The notes under the pieces were generated by a model. It saw nothing but the letters and a program-made list of their open reading frames with translations, ran no database searches and was not told the DNA's origin. DNA of 56,093 nucleotides, filler included, from Asterionella formosa (Eukaryota), in the NCBI GenBank assembly GCA_002256025.1. It is 4 parts of 4 records of this genome, joined end to end, with 100 filler letters (N's around TTAATTAATTAA, not from the genome) between each part and the next. Parts side by side here need not be neighbours in the genome. Positions count along the whole stretch, not along the records: positions 1 to 13,973 come from NKIB01006268.1; positions 14,074 to 28,017 come from NKIB01006282.1; 2 more parts are not named here. The stretch is one strand, 5' to 3'. Each line of letters begins with the position of its first letter. The stretch's first letter is position 1. A program made the translations under genes and the position numbers. Positions 12,269-22,823 of the stretch are shown here, one piece after another.

Positions 12269-12459
12269 GGAAGTATATGTAAAATTATCAGACTTCCAAT
12301 TTCTGAAAAGTCGCTCTGGGCAACTTTGTAAACCAACCAGAATGTGCCCATGACATAAACGCTTGCATTTCGCCACGATTTTCTATGATAACTTAACACA
12401 ATAATGCTAGATTCGACAGCACATATTATCGCTACAATGAAAGTTACCCATGGTTGGTA

Positions 12460-13888
12460 CTATTGCACCATGGCAACCAATGAGTTGGCAGTCTCTACAC
12501 CCGCAAGGCAAGCAGCGTTAGCAGGAAATGCTCGAAGAAGTGCTGGGGAAAGTCCCCGAAATAAGGCCCCAACGCCCTCCTTGTTAATGAGAGTAAGCAG
12601 CACATCCAGCAAGTTTCGGTATTTGCCGGAGGGTGCTGTTTGGTAGCGCGACTTCACAACATCAAAGGGAATGGCAATGATCCAATTGGCAACACCAGCC
12701 ATGCCTCCAGCCATGAATATTGCTGGAAGCGAGGCAGTTTCGGTACCTTCCATTCCGCACAGAAGTCTTTTGGAAAATTCATAGCATGCAAAGTAGGCTG
12801 CATTACCAGGAACGTCTCGCATCATAGTTGCGCCGGTCCCTCTATAGAGGCTTCTGAGACCACCATCCTGATATACCTGTTTTGCGCAGTCTGAGAAGCT
12901 ACTGTATTTCCGTTTATCCACTTGCATCAAACATTTGATTCTCTCGGAAGGCCCAACAATGGCAGCAAGCGGGATCCCTGAGAATCCGCCGGCAAGAATT
13001 GTCTGTTTTATGGAAAGTTGATCAGTTCCATCTCTTTTTAATAGCGTTGACTTGGCAACATCGTAGGACCAAAATGTCACGGCGAAGGCAGGAACTACAG
13101 CAACCAGTGGAGCCGAGACCCCTCTGTAAACCCCGGCAAATCCATCTGTGACAAAAATGTTGCGTAGAATACTCAAGGTTGACGGCTGGAAAGCTCGGAC
13201 TTGAGCTCCTGCTGCTTGTGCCAAACTAGTTTGACATAATGGGCCAGCTTGCATTTGAACCTTGATCAAATCGAGAGGGTGACCGACGCAAACATTGCAA
13301 ATGCCTGAAGAAGAAAGTTGTCTTCCGTTAGTTCGCGAGAGTAGGAAAAAGTAATAATATCGGAATTACATAAATGAAGTACCGGTAATGAGGGAAAATG
13401 TCCGCAGAATGCAGTATTCGTCCTTCCGATACTCAGCGAACGGCAAGACAACTCCCCTGCGTTGCAGGAATTTTGAATCGCGGCATATAGTTGTGTAAAA
13501 GGATACTTGCACCAGAACTTCGTGTTGTCAGGCAGACGATCCCGGGAAGAGCAAGGCCAACAACTGCCATCAAGGTGATGGACCAGCATTTTTTGCCATG
13601 ATGCAACCAATGCAGAGGTTGGATCGATGGTCGCCACAGCCATCTGTGTCCCATAAGGATTCGTCGAACTCTACTTCCACTTGGCAAGGCCGTGAATATG
13701 AAGAGTCTAAGAATGCAAACAGGAACGAAGAACGTACCGCCAATTGATCCTGGAGCAAGGCATGTAATGGCCGAAGCGAAGGTGAGTGAAGACTTCTCAT
13801 GAGATGAGGAAAAGCTGGTCGAAGCATCAACAAACACTGTTGTTAACGCTTGCTGTGCATGGCCTGTCGATGTTTCGTTGATCTTCAT
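12460..13888 (-). CDS. Mitochondrial carrier (SLC25), carnitine/acylcarnitine- or ornithine-carrier-like; exons 13888-13738, 13304-12460
   Basis: Splicing the 433-bp intron 13305-13737 gives GSIGGICNVCVGHPLDLIKVQMQ. Three Px[DE]xx[KR] signatures: PLDLIK, PSERIK, PFDVVK. C-terminal RAFPANAA. Confidence 0.9.
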
Positions 13889-14017
13889 CGAAAATAATGA
13901 CTCGATTCTCAAAACAAGAAATGCAATGTGGAGTACCGGTATGTAATTTACAAGGAGTCGAGAAGAATATGATNNNNNNNNNNNNNNNNNNNNNNNNNNN
14001 NNNNNNNNNNNNNNNNN

Positions 14018-14029
14018 TTAATTAATTAA
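14018..14029. other. Artificial scaffolding linker TTAATTAATTAA (also 28062-28073, 42100-42111)
   Basis: Identical 12-mer with stops in all six frames, centred in runs of about 44 N. Confidence 0.97.
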
Positions 14030-14261
14030 NNNNNNNNNNNNNNNNNNNNNNNNNNNNNNNNNNNNNNNNNNNNGGCCAGCTTTCGATGGAAATAATATTC
14101 CTTAAGCAGTAATTTAGGAAAGCGTTACTCTCAATGACCGATGACGATTTTCAGAATCATTCTCTGAGCATGAATCGGATCTGCTGACTGATGAACCGTT
14201 TCAGCAAACCGTCTTCTAGCTTCGAAATACAAATAGGATTCATCTCTTTCTACATTTAGAA

Positions 14262-14322
14262 CCTGCTGAGAACGACTAGAATATGCTGACTTTGACTAAA
14301 ATTTGCTGACAACGACTAGAAC
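14262..14322 (+). repeat. 20-bp-period minisatellite (consensus GACTAGAAATTGCTGACAAY); also at 15317-15374 and inverted at 41988-42055
   Basis: Three imperfect units are visible at each locus. Two of the loci lie at or near assembly gaps. Confidence 0.75.
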
Positions 14323-14861
14323 TTTTGAATACGAATAGATTTTCTGAATGACCCTTATGCCTATGAAGTATAGTATACATGAACAGAAACAACCACTACC
14401 CCCGATACTAGCTAGCCTACTAGCCAATATTATGAACATGTGTAACGATATATCTATTTACATAGTCACAGTCATTATCACGCCTGATGCAACAGCCTAC
14501 TGTGGTACTGCGCGCTATATTGGCAATATCATACAGAGTACATTTCTTAACCGAATTTATTACGCGCCTTAATAATACTCTATTGTTGGTAGGGGAACCC
14601 TCATGGCGCTTCTTGGAAAAGTAAGCCTGAGTTTTTTAAGAAAACTGAAACTCACCCAGTGGCAGCCCAACATATGTGGTGACTCTGGGCGCAAGTCGGC
14701 AGGCGTTCGCAATATCATTCATTTCACATAGTAGTATTACTTCATAGCTACTACGGCTGGGATATATGATATGCTCAGGGTAACCGAAGTAGCCCTTGGA
14801 GACGCTAGCTAGCAAATAATTATTTTGCCTAGATACTGCTATTTGTTTCTACTATTTAAAA

Positions 14862-15137
14862 AACACTACAGTGTAGTCGTTGTGAGCCACTGGAAAATAC
14901 TGCAATATGTCGTCGCAGCCTTGACCATGACGAAAATAGCAAGTATCTCCATGAAAAATGCATGAAAAACGGCGCTTTGCTATTTGGTACTCCGAGAACA
15001 GATATTGAGCACGACATAGTAGACAATACAATTGTAAAAGAATTAGTTTAATAACACTAATATTGAGAACGAAAAGGGAAGTTGCCAGTGGCACATTCTC
15101 TCATGTAATTATAGATGCACAATTCAGAACGATGGTG
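14862..15137 (-). repeat. Dispersed repeat of about 270 bp, copy A
   Basis: Its reverse complement aligns by eye with 28985-29255 and 55005-55230. Shared blocks include AATATTAGTGTTATTA, GAGATA.TTGCTATT and TCATGGTCA.GG.TGCGAC.ACAT. Confidence 0.75.
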
Positions 15138-16113
15138 ATATGAACAGATTTGACACTTTCTTAGTACACAGCATGCTGCACTACAATAATCTGTTGGTCA
15201 AACAAAATTTTGTTTGATTCTCTAGTTAAGTACTAATGTCGATTAATGGTCCATTGACATTTTCAAAATGTCTCTTTTGTTTATGATTACTGATCCAGTT
15301 GGTGACTACAACATATGACTAGAAACCTGCTGATAATGACTAGAAATTGCTGACAATGACTAGAAGTTACTGATTGGTGAACTTCATGGTNNNNNNNNNN
15401 NNNNNNNNNNNNNNNNNNNNNNNNNNNNNNNNNNNNNNNNNNNNNNNNNNNNNNNNNNNNNNNNNNNNNNNNNNNNNNNNNNNNNNNNNNNNNNNNNNNN
15501 NNNNNNNNNNNNNNNNNNNNNNNNNNNNNNNNNNNNNNNNNNNNNNNNNNNNNNNNNNNNNNNNNNNNNNNNNNNNNNNNNNNNNNNNNNNNNNNNNNNN
15601 NNNNNNNNNNNNNNNNNNNNNNNNNNNNNNNNNNNNNNNNNNNNNNNNNNNNNNNNNNNNNNNNNNNNNNNNNNNNNNNNNNNNNNNNNNNNNNNNNNNN
15701 NNNNNNNNNNNNNNNNNNNNNNNNNNNNNNNNNNNNNNNNNNNNNNNNNNNNNNNNNNNNNNNNNNNNNNNNNNNNNNNNNNNNNNNNNNNNNNNNNNNN
15801 NNNNNNNNNNNNNNNNNNNNNNNNNNNNNNNNNNNNNNNNNNNNNNNNNNNNNNNNNNNNNNNNNNNNNNNNNNNNNNNNNNNNNNNNNNNNNNNNNNNN
15901 NNNNNNNNNNNNNNNNNNNNNNNNNNNNNNNNNNNNNNNNNNNNNNNNNNNNNNNNNNNNNNNNNNNNNNNNNNNNNNNNNNNNNNNNNNNNNNNNNNNN
16001 NNNNNNNNNNNNNNNNNNNNNNNNNNNNNNNNNNNNNNNNNNNNNNNNNNNNNNNNNNNNNNNNNNNNNNNNNNNNNNNNNNNNNNNNNNNNNNNNNNNN
16101 NNNNNNNNNNNNN

Positions 16114-16828
16114 CGGTGTTTCTACATTTGTCGCACTCACCTTCGCAAATGGCTTCAGAACTGCCACAATGCAAGAAATTAAGGTAGCGTACAGGAAAAT
16201 GGCCATGTCATTCCATCCTGATCGACACAATGGTGATGCTGGTAAGGCAGATGCTTTCAAGTCAGCGTCGGAAGCATACAATATCTTGGGTGATCATAAG
16301 AAACGGACAGAGTACGACAGAGTATCCCATGGCTATTCGAAAAAACAATATGAGCCCAGACCTTCACCCAATTACAGAAAAGTTTATGCTCCGCGCCCGC
16401 CACCGGGCTTCAAAGTCTTTGATAATCAACGTCATTTTGACATGCACTATGGCGACGGACAAATGCAAATGGAAATCACTCGAGTTCAGAAGCGAGTGTT
16501 GGAGGTTGGGTTCCAATCTGTGTATCAGTCCCCGCTTGGACCAGGCTTTTCCTTCGAGCATCTTGAAAAAACTGGTGACGGCAATCCATACGTCAAAGGC
16601 AGCCAAGGACCAAAAGTAAATGGTGTTGGAGGTAAAACGAGACCCAGCCAATCACTTTCATTTGCTGGGGAATTCGCTGGGAGGCCAGGAGGAATCGAAA
16701 ATGCAACCAGATACTATCATAAAGTGCAAGTAAGAGAGAAAATGGAAGAAAGGCGGCAATCTCGTCCTACGCGAGAAGAACGAGAGAAACTTAAAGGTAA
16801 AAATGGTGGTGTCTGTACAGTGAGCTAA
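16114..16828 (+). CDS. DnaJ (J-domain) protein, 5' end lost in gap
   Basis: ATMQEIKVAYRKMAMSFHPDRH...AFKSASEAYNILGD..KRTEYD is a J-domain with the HPD motif. Confidence 0.9.
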
Positions 16829-17526
16829 TTGTTAACTTCGTAACATAAGTCATGGTCGCTTTTGAATGGTTTGCTCCCCACCCAGAGCTTCTACAAAGAA
16901 CATTTTTTCATATCCCATCGTGCATCACAAATAACAAAACCTTGTCCTCAATATTCTCAAGTTTGACTGGTTTAGTATACCGGTAGGTTCTTCGAAGTCC
17001 CTTGATGCTTGTTTTCCGGAGGAGTAAATACTTAGTAAATCAAACACAACATCCTTACATGTCATACCACTAGTCTAGTCGTATTTTATTCGTAATTAGT
17101 TTATACTTTTCATTCAAAGCTGAATATGTTAATGCATTCTGATAAATATTCTTATGGGACGAGGCGGCTGCGTTTGAACGGTTCATTTGATGCACGCCGT
17201 GTGGCATCGAACGCATTACCTGTAGAAAATGAACCTTGATACCCGCAGGCGAGGATCAGCCGAAATTTATTCCGACAGCAACGGAAATCATCGAATCATA
17301 TGTAGTTGGAGTACCGGTACCAGGTAGATTCAAAGGGACTAGACTACGTAAATTCTTGCAATCAATTTCTCTTAAACTAGTTTCCTCTAGATTTATATAC
17401 CGGTACTTGTTCAAATATTATATATCATTGTATTTGAGAACTGCAATTTGGGAAAGGGTAAAAAATTATTCCTGCCTTGGAGAGCAACTTCCTTCCTGTT
17501 GCTTTGCTGCTTTGCTACCTGGTACA

Positions 17527-18068
17527 ATGGCACGATACAAACGTTCCGCTCCCAAAGGAGGTCCTCGTCGCTCAAGTGGAAGTATTGTGAGCCGAGAACG
17601 ACAAGGAGCTACTTTGGTAGGTGCTGCACGAGTCGCCACTGGGCCGTATTTAGCTTCGCCCTCTGGACAACGCAAGAAACCTCGTCGCCGCATGAGACCA
17701 GGTGCGTTTCACGTCATACACACTATGTCGTTTTAGTATTCTTTCGTCAAGGGCAGCTCACCATAACTCTTCAACTTTTCTCAGGCGAACGTGCGTTGCG
17801 AGAAATAAGAGCATATCAAGCATCAACAGATTTGCTGCTTCGAAGATTGCCGTTTGCTCGATTGGTACGTGAAATCCAGCAACAAATGTCACGTATTGCC
17901 TTTCGCTGGCAAGGAACCGCTATTTTGGCCTTACAGGAAGCTGCAGAAGCACATCTTTGTAGTCTCTTCGAAGATGCAAATCTATGTGCAATTCACGGCA
18001 AACGCGTAACTATCATGCCAAAGGATATGCAACTGGCGAGACGCATAAGGGGCGCAAGGAGGGAATAG
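17527..18068 (+). CDS. CENH3: Centromeric histone H3 variant, 152 aa; exons 17527-17701, 17785-18068
   Basis: Intron 17702-17784 joins [16 protein letters not shown]. Histone H3 fold with divergent N-tail, LPFAR (no Q68), FRWQ (W for F84), FEDANL (A for T107) and loop 1 one residue longer than canonical H3. Confidence 0.9.
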
Positions 18069-18340
18069 ACATCTCATGGCATTGCAGTTCACTCGGAGGG
18101 AGGATCTAGAAAAATTCTTTTGAGGAATTGTTTTGTGTTTTGAAAATGGGAATGGTACACCACATGAAACTGTAGAGATCTTCTGCTTGTACTCCACGGC
18201 AAAATATCAAAATAATAAAAATACAGCTGTGCTATATGCAATTGTGTATTTCTCGTATCCTGTTGTCGTGCGCTGTGTGAATTTAGAGCATCCCTAACGT
18301 CTCGGAGCTTGGATCCACTGTAACTTTGCCCCGATAGCTC

Positions 18341-18682
18341 TTTAATATAAGCGAGCAAGTGTGTTGAGGGATATACAACATTGTTGTCGATAGCAATTTA
18401 CTATATATGGCTGTACCAAACTTTTCTTTAATATAAGCGAGCAAGTGTGTTGAGGGACATACAATGTTGTTGTCGATAGCAATTTACTTTATATGGCTGT
18501 ACCAAACTTTTCTTTAATATAAGCGAGCAAGTGTGTTGAGGAACATACAACATTGTTGTCGATAGCAATTTACAATATATGGCTGTACCAAACTTTTCTT
18601 TAATATAAGCGAGCAAGTGTGTTGAGGAACATATAACATTGTTGTCGATAGCAATTTACTATATATGGCTGTACCAAACTTT
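18341..18682. repeat. Tandem array, 4 x 86 bp, near-identical units
   Basis: Units begin TTTAATATAAGCGAGCAAGTGTGTTGAGG at 18341, 18427, 18513 and 18599. Confidence 0.97.
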
Positions 18683-18845
18683 ACATATACCACCGATACT
18701 ACGCCCATAACAAACAGTCTTGCTATGGTCCACAAACGATAGCATCGAAAGTAGCGTCGAACTTTTTCTTGTTTTCTTACCACACATCATAAGTAAAAGA
18801 GGAAAATGCAACTTCAACGTCAGCGAATTCTTTCTGTTGATTGCA

Positions 18846-21800
18846 TCAAACCAAAGGCTGCTTCAGCACATCCATTATACTATTTGTTGCCATGACGTTG
18901 TCACAACATACCAACAATTCACCACGGTGGAAATCATCGACAGTAACAACCACCAAAACTTTATCACCGGCGACTGGAAGTTGACCGGCAAAGTGAAATT
19001 TGTTATCCTTCCATTTCTTGTCCTTGTTTAGCGCAGTCAAGGCAGCTTTCTTGAGGAGCTTGTTAGGAAGGGCCTCCAATGATCCTGCTCCACCGACCAA
19101 TGGAAACCCCAACATCATTCGATGAAACCCTTGAAGACGTTGCAGATACCCATCAAACTCACTTTTTGAAATTTTGGCAGGTTGCAACAACTCAGCAAGT
19201 GGAGGACGAACATCCAAGGGATTGGTGCCTCGATCGGACTTAAGGTCAAATTTGCCATGCATTGCACCATCCTTGTCGGAGGCGCTAACAAACTCAACTC
19301 CGAGAACTAAAATGGCCATTTGGTCCTTTTTCAATTCGGAGATTTCAGGGGGAACAACAACTCGTCTCAGACCCACCACAGATGCACCACCACCCCCACC
19401 ACGTTGGATGATGCGGATACGTCGTAACATACCAGAATCGGATCTCCTGTTTTCGAAACGAACTTGAAGGATCACCGTGCTGGCAGCATCTGGTACAAGT
19501 CCGATTAATTTGGCTTCGCGAGCCTTGGCTGGTCCTCGAAGGTATCGCATCATAACTGCCAAACCACCACCAAGTTCAGGTCGTACAACGGAAATCCAAT
19601 CACAGCTGTCCCTCTCCATATCCGGGTCAACAGCAGCCTCGTTGTGAACTATCACAACAGGTTCCATGACCAGTCCTTGAAGACCATCTGCATATGAGTT
19701 GTCGATCAACGCTTCTTTCTCAATAACAGGTTTTGGTTCCATTGAGGGTTCGCTGATATTTAGTAATGTTCCAACAAATTGAGCGGACGATGGTCGTGAC
19801 ATCGCATCGATAGCGTCGGAATCATCACTATCGACGGATGAAGTCGACGAAGAATCGTTACTAGATTCTTCGTCGGACGAGACATCCACAAGCGAGACCG
19901 CTTTTACTGGAATCGGGATGGACCGAACAGCTCCATCGCCAAGGACTGGCACAGTGGGAATAGGCTTAGGCTTTGCAACTGGCCGGATGTCGTCATTATC
20001 AGTGTCATTCGACGACGAAGAGTCTTCGGATTCTGAATCGTCATCCTCGCTTGATGACGAGCTATCGCTGCTGTCGTCGGAGGAGCTGTTGTTGCTGTTG
20101 GTACTGCTATCGTCGGAGTCGTAAAAACTACCATTGTTCTTGCTCCTTTGAACCTTCCAACCGTAATCAACCTTCGTTACAGTGTCAGTGTCGTCGTCCT
20201 TATGGGATGATTGTGACACAGGATCTCGTAAGGAAGCATCGCTGTCAGCCTCAGCCCAATTTGGCATAGGCAAGTAGGCTGCTCGCGTGCGGTGACCTAC
20301 CAAGCTACTGAGAGTTCCAAATCTGAGTGGCCCGCTCGGGATGTGCTCATTGTACTCGTCTTCCAAAGGAAGAGCGGAAGAAGGTGGCTTGCTTCGAAGC
20401 AAAATGTTCTTGGTATGTTCAATTGTGAGGTTGCTGCCCAGTGATCCTATGCCTGGCAGACTGTCAAGATCTTGCTTTAATCCTACCGCAACATGCAACA
20501 AAGCGCTTTCATGTCTCGATCTGTCACGAACATCGGTCTTAACATCCACTCTCCCCATAGACAGAATAAACTCGCAAATAATAGATTCATTCGTCCCACC
20601 ACCACCATTTACAAGCGCTTTGCTTGCAAAATGAACTGCTTGTGTCTTCTCGCAGGATTCCATGTTGGGGAAACCCTTGGCAATCAGTCGAAGAAGTTCA
20701 ACCCTAACTTTTGATTTTGTGCGCTTATCTACTCCACTCATTACCTTGGACGAAGTAGAGGTTGGAGCTGTAAGCCACTCACCAACAATCCACAAGGCAG
20801 ATGCAACGCCCAATGGAGGTAGATTATGTTTCTGATCGTCGTCTATCACTTGTTCTTGGTCGTTTTCGTCGACCTCTGCGTTCTCTGCTCTTGAAGACAA
20901 GCGCTTAACCAGTAGAACGACAAGACGTTTCATCGATAACTCTTGCACATGATTCGGATCATCCACTTTGAAGACGGAGTCCGCTTGCAATTGTTGCATA
21001 ATCCTCCGCATGACAGTGGCACATTCACCAACAATCCAATCATCTTTACTGGCCAGCGTCAACGTCATGAGACCATACAGAGAGTTGAGCGCTGTTCGGT
21101 TGGCCTCCTGCCGTTGAGCTGCCACATCTCCTGATTTGGCTCCATACCGATCGTGCACAATGCGGGCTAATTCCACAACCTTGCCCACCGCTCGGATTGC
21201 AGAACACACAAAAATTTTATCTTCGTGCCTTACATAATTTCTCAATTCCTTCAACACAGCCTCAATTGATGCAGGTTCTAAAGCGAGAGAAGTCAAAATA
21301 TCCAATTTGATCATTCGAGTAAAGGACGGGTCGATGGCCTTGACGAAAAAGTCATTTAGAAATGGTGAAAAGGCAGAAGGACACTCCGTTGCCAAAGTTT
21401 GGATGGACGTTAGAACCACGTATTGGATTTCTCGACGATCTCGATGAATTCGCACCAATGCTTTTCCTATGGACGACCGAACCTTGACACTGGACACACC
21501 ACAATAATATTGCAAGGAACACACTGCGAGTACAACTCCCGAATTTCGACTCTTGAGTAATGGCAACGATGATCGCAATAAAAGTCGGTGATCTTCGTGC
21601 AACTCATTATCTTCGTCTACGTCCAATCGTTGCTGTGACATGCCATCGTTGGTTCCGAACTCAGCTGTTCCGGTTTGACGTAATGCACCTACCACTGTGG
21701 AGGATATGGTCCCGTTGACACCAACAAAGACTTCTTCTTCTGTGCTACCGTCTTCTTCGTCCGAGTAAAATCCTTTTTTAACCACTCGACGCTTCACCTT

Positions 21801-22823
21801 TTTTCCAATGGCTGGCATTTTTTTGGTCTCGCCTATGGAAGTATTGCTGCTACTGTTCGTGTTCATCATCTTATCCTCGTCGTCATGGTGACGTTCGGCA
21901 GCCATACCAATCCCTTTCACGGTCCGTCTAACTCTTCTATCTCGATCGATACGCTCCGCTGTCCCCATGGTACGGGGCTTTCTAAAATACGCGCGACAGT
22001 ATCGTGCCAATGTATCCAGCACCACTACTTGACCCCATTCGTCCATGTCCGTGAGCAAATGGCACAACTTCCTAAAGCATGGATGGATCATGTCCAGCCG
22101 GTCTGGACATAATTCCGTAAACGCCACCATGGTACTAGTCAACACCATAGTGGACGAGTCTTCCACCAATAGTTTGGTCATGATTTCTAGTAACATGGTG
22201 CGTTGCTGGTCCATGTCACATCGCGGACTTAGTTTGGCCAGCGCATTGGCAGCACACTTGCGAACGTACGGTGACTTGTCATTGCTAGCCTTTTGGACGG
22301 CCAAAATTTGAATTTGCATGACATCTGCCACCCGAATGCTGGACAATACGCGTAGTGCGAGCGCTCGGATCCATTGCTCTTGATCTGCCAATCCCCGTTG
22401 AAACGAATTGATGGAAAGGAGACTCAATTCTCTCGTGGAAGCATCGTGGTCAGCGTACTGAACCAAGTACATGTATACCATTTTGCGCACTTCCAGAGAG
22501 GGCGATCCCACAAGCTTCACCACGTGCGGATAAAAGTCTGAAACGTTGCGTCCTTTGGAAATACAGGCCAGGAGCCATTTCATCCCCTTGAGCAAAGCAG
22601 GAGTGCTGTTGGCGTTTGACGGATCTGCGGCAGCGAAGGATTGTCGAATGCTGGCTGGACTGATGGATTCTTCCCAGTATTGGGCATCTCCCATAGTGCT
22701 CAATGCAGACGCCAATTGAGAGTTGAGCATCGCTGCAGGATCGGATGCCGCGCTTGATACCGTCACGAGGCCTCCTGTCGACACGCCCATTTGCCCGGAG
22801 CTCCATGCCGTGGAACTTGACAT
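18846..22823 (-). CDS. AP3B: AP-3 adaptor complex beta subunit (single exon)
   Basis: Adaptin N-domain (GMKWLLACISKGRNVSDFYPHVVKLV, EVRKMVYMYL, LSLLSINSFQRGLAD, IRALALRVLSSIRV). Also DVRDRSR, GTLSSLVGH...YLPMPNW and the Ser/Asp-rich hinge typical of beta-3. Confidence 0.92.
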   Translation of the reverse strand: MSSSTAWSSGQMGVSTGGLVTVSSAASDPAAMLNSQLASALSTMGDAQYWEESISPASIRQSFAAADPSNANSTPALLKGMKWLLACISKGRNVSDFYPHVVKLVGSPSLEVRKMVYMYLVQYADHDASTRELSLLSINSFQRGLADQEQWIRALALRVLSSIRVADVMQIQILAVQKASNDKSPYVRKCAANALAKLSPRCDMDQQRTMLLEIMTKLLVEDSSTMVLTSTMVAFTELCPDRLDMIHPCFRKLCHLLTDMDEWGQVVVLDTLARYCRAYFRKPRTMGTAERIDRDRRVRRTVKGIGMAAERHHDDEDKMMNTNSSSNTSIGETKKMPAIGKKVKRRVVKKGFYSDEEDGSTEEEVFVGVNGTISSTVVGALRQTGTAEFGTNDGMSQQRLDVDEDNELHEDHRLLLRSSLPLLKSRNSGVVLAVCSLQYYCGVSSVKVRSSIGKALVRIHRDRREIQYVVLTSIQTLATECPSAFSPFLNDFFVKAIDPSFTRMIKLDILTSLALEPASIEAVLKELRNYVRHEDKIFVCSAIRAVGKVVELARIVHDRYGAKSGDVAAQRQEANRTALNSLYGLMTLTLASKDDWIVGECATVMRRIMQQLQADSVFKVDDPNHVQELSMKRLVVLLVKRLSSRAENAEVDENDQEQVIDDDQKHNLPPLGVASALWIVGEWLTAPTSTSSKVMSGVDKRTKSKVRVELLRLIAKGFPNMESCEKTQAVHFASKALVNGGGGTNESIICEFILSMGRVDVKTDVRDRSRHESALLHVAVGLKQDLDSLPGIGSLGSNLTIEHTKNILLRSKPPSSALPLEDEYNEHIPSGPLRFGTLSSLVGHRTRAAYLPMPNWAEADSDASLRDPVSQSSHKDDDTDTVTKVDYGWKVQRSKNNGSFYDSDDSSTNSNNSSSDDSSDSSSSSEDDDSESEDSSSSNDTDNDDIRPVAKPKPIPTVPVLGDGAVRSIPIPVKAVSLVDVSSDEESSNDSSSTSSVDSDDSDAIDAMSRPSSAQFVGTLLNISEPSMEPKPVIEKEALIDNSYADGLQGLVMEPVVIVHNEAAVDPDMERDSCDWISVVRPELGGGLAVMMRYLRGPAKAREAKLIGLVPDAASTVILQVRFENRRSDSGMLRRIRIIQRGGGGGASVVGLRRVVVPPEISELKKDQMAILVLGVEFVSASDKDGAMHGKFDLKSDRGTNPLDVRPPLAELLQPAKISKSEFDGYLQRLQGFHRMMLGFPLVGGAGSLEALPNKLLKKAALTALNKDKKWKDNKFHFAGQLPVAGDKVLVVVTVDDFHRGELLVCCDNVMATNSIMDVLKQPLV

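Noticed and set aside
13430..13480. TPP riboswitch-like words (CTGAG; CCTG...CGCAGGGGAG) in the carrier intron
   Set aside because: The elements are in the wrong order and the GAACCTGAT...TAAT core is absent.
14018..14029. Recurrent palindrome TTAATTAATTAA inside gaps
   Set aside because: Synthetic six-frame-stop linker, not biological.
15287..16281. Long ORFs running through N runs (also 22951-23848, 37682-38027)
   Set aside because: Artefacts of translating gaps as X. Only the DnaJ part from 16114 is real.
18341..18682. CRISPR-like appearance of the 86-bp and 110-bp arrays
   Set aside because: Whole units are repeated with no unique spacers, there are no cas genes, and the context is eukaryotic.
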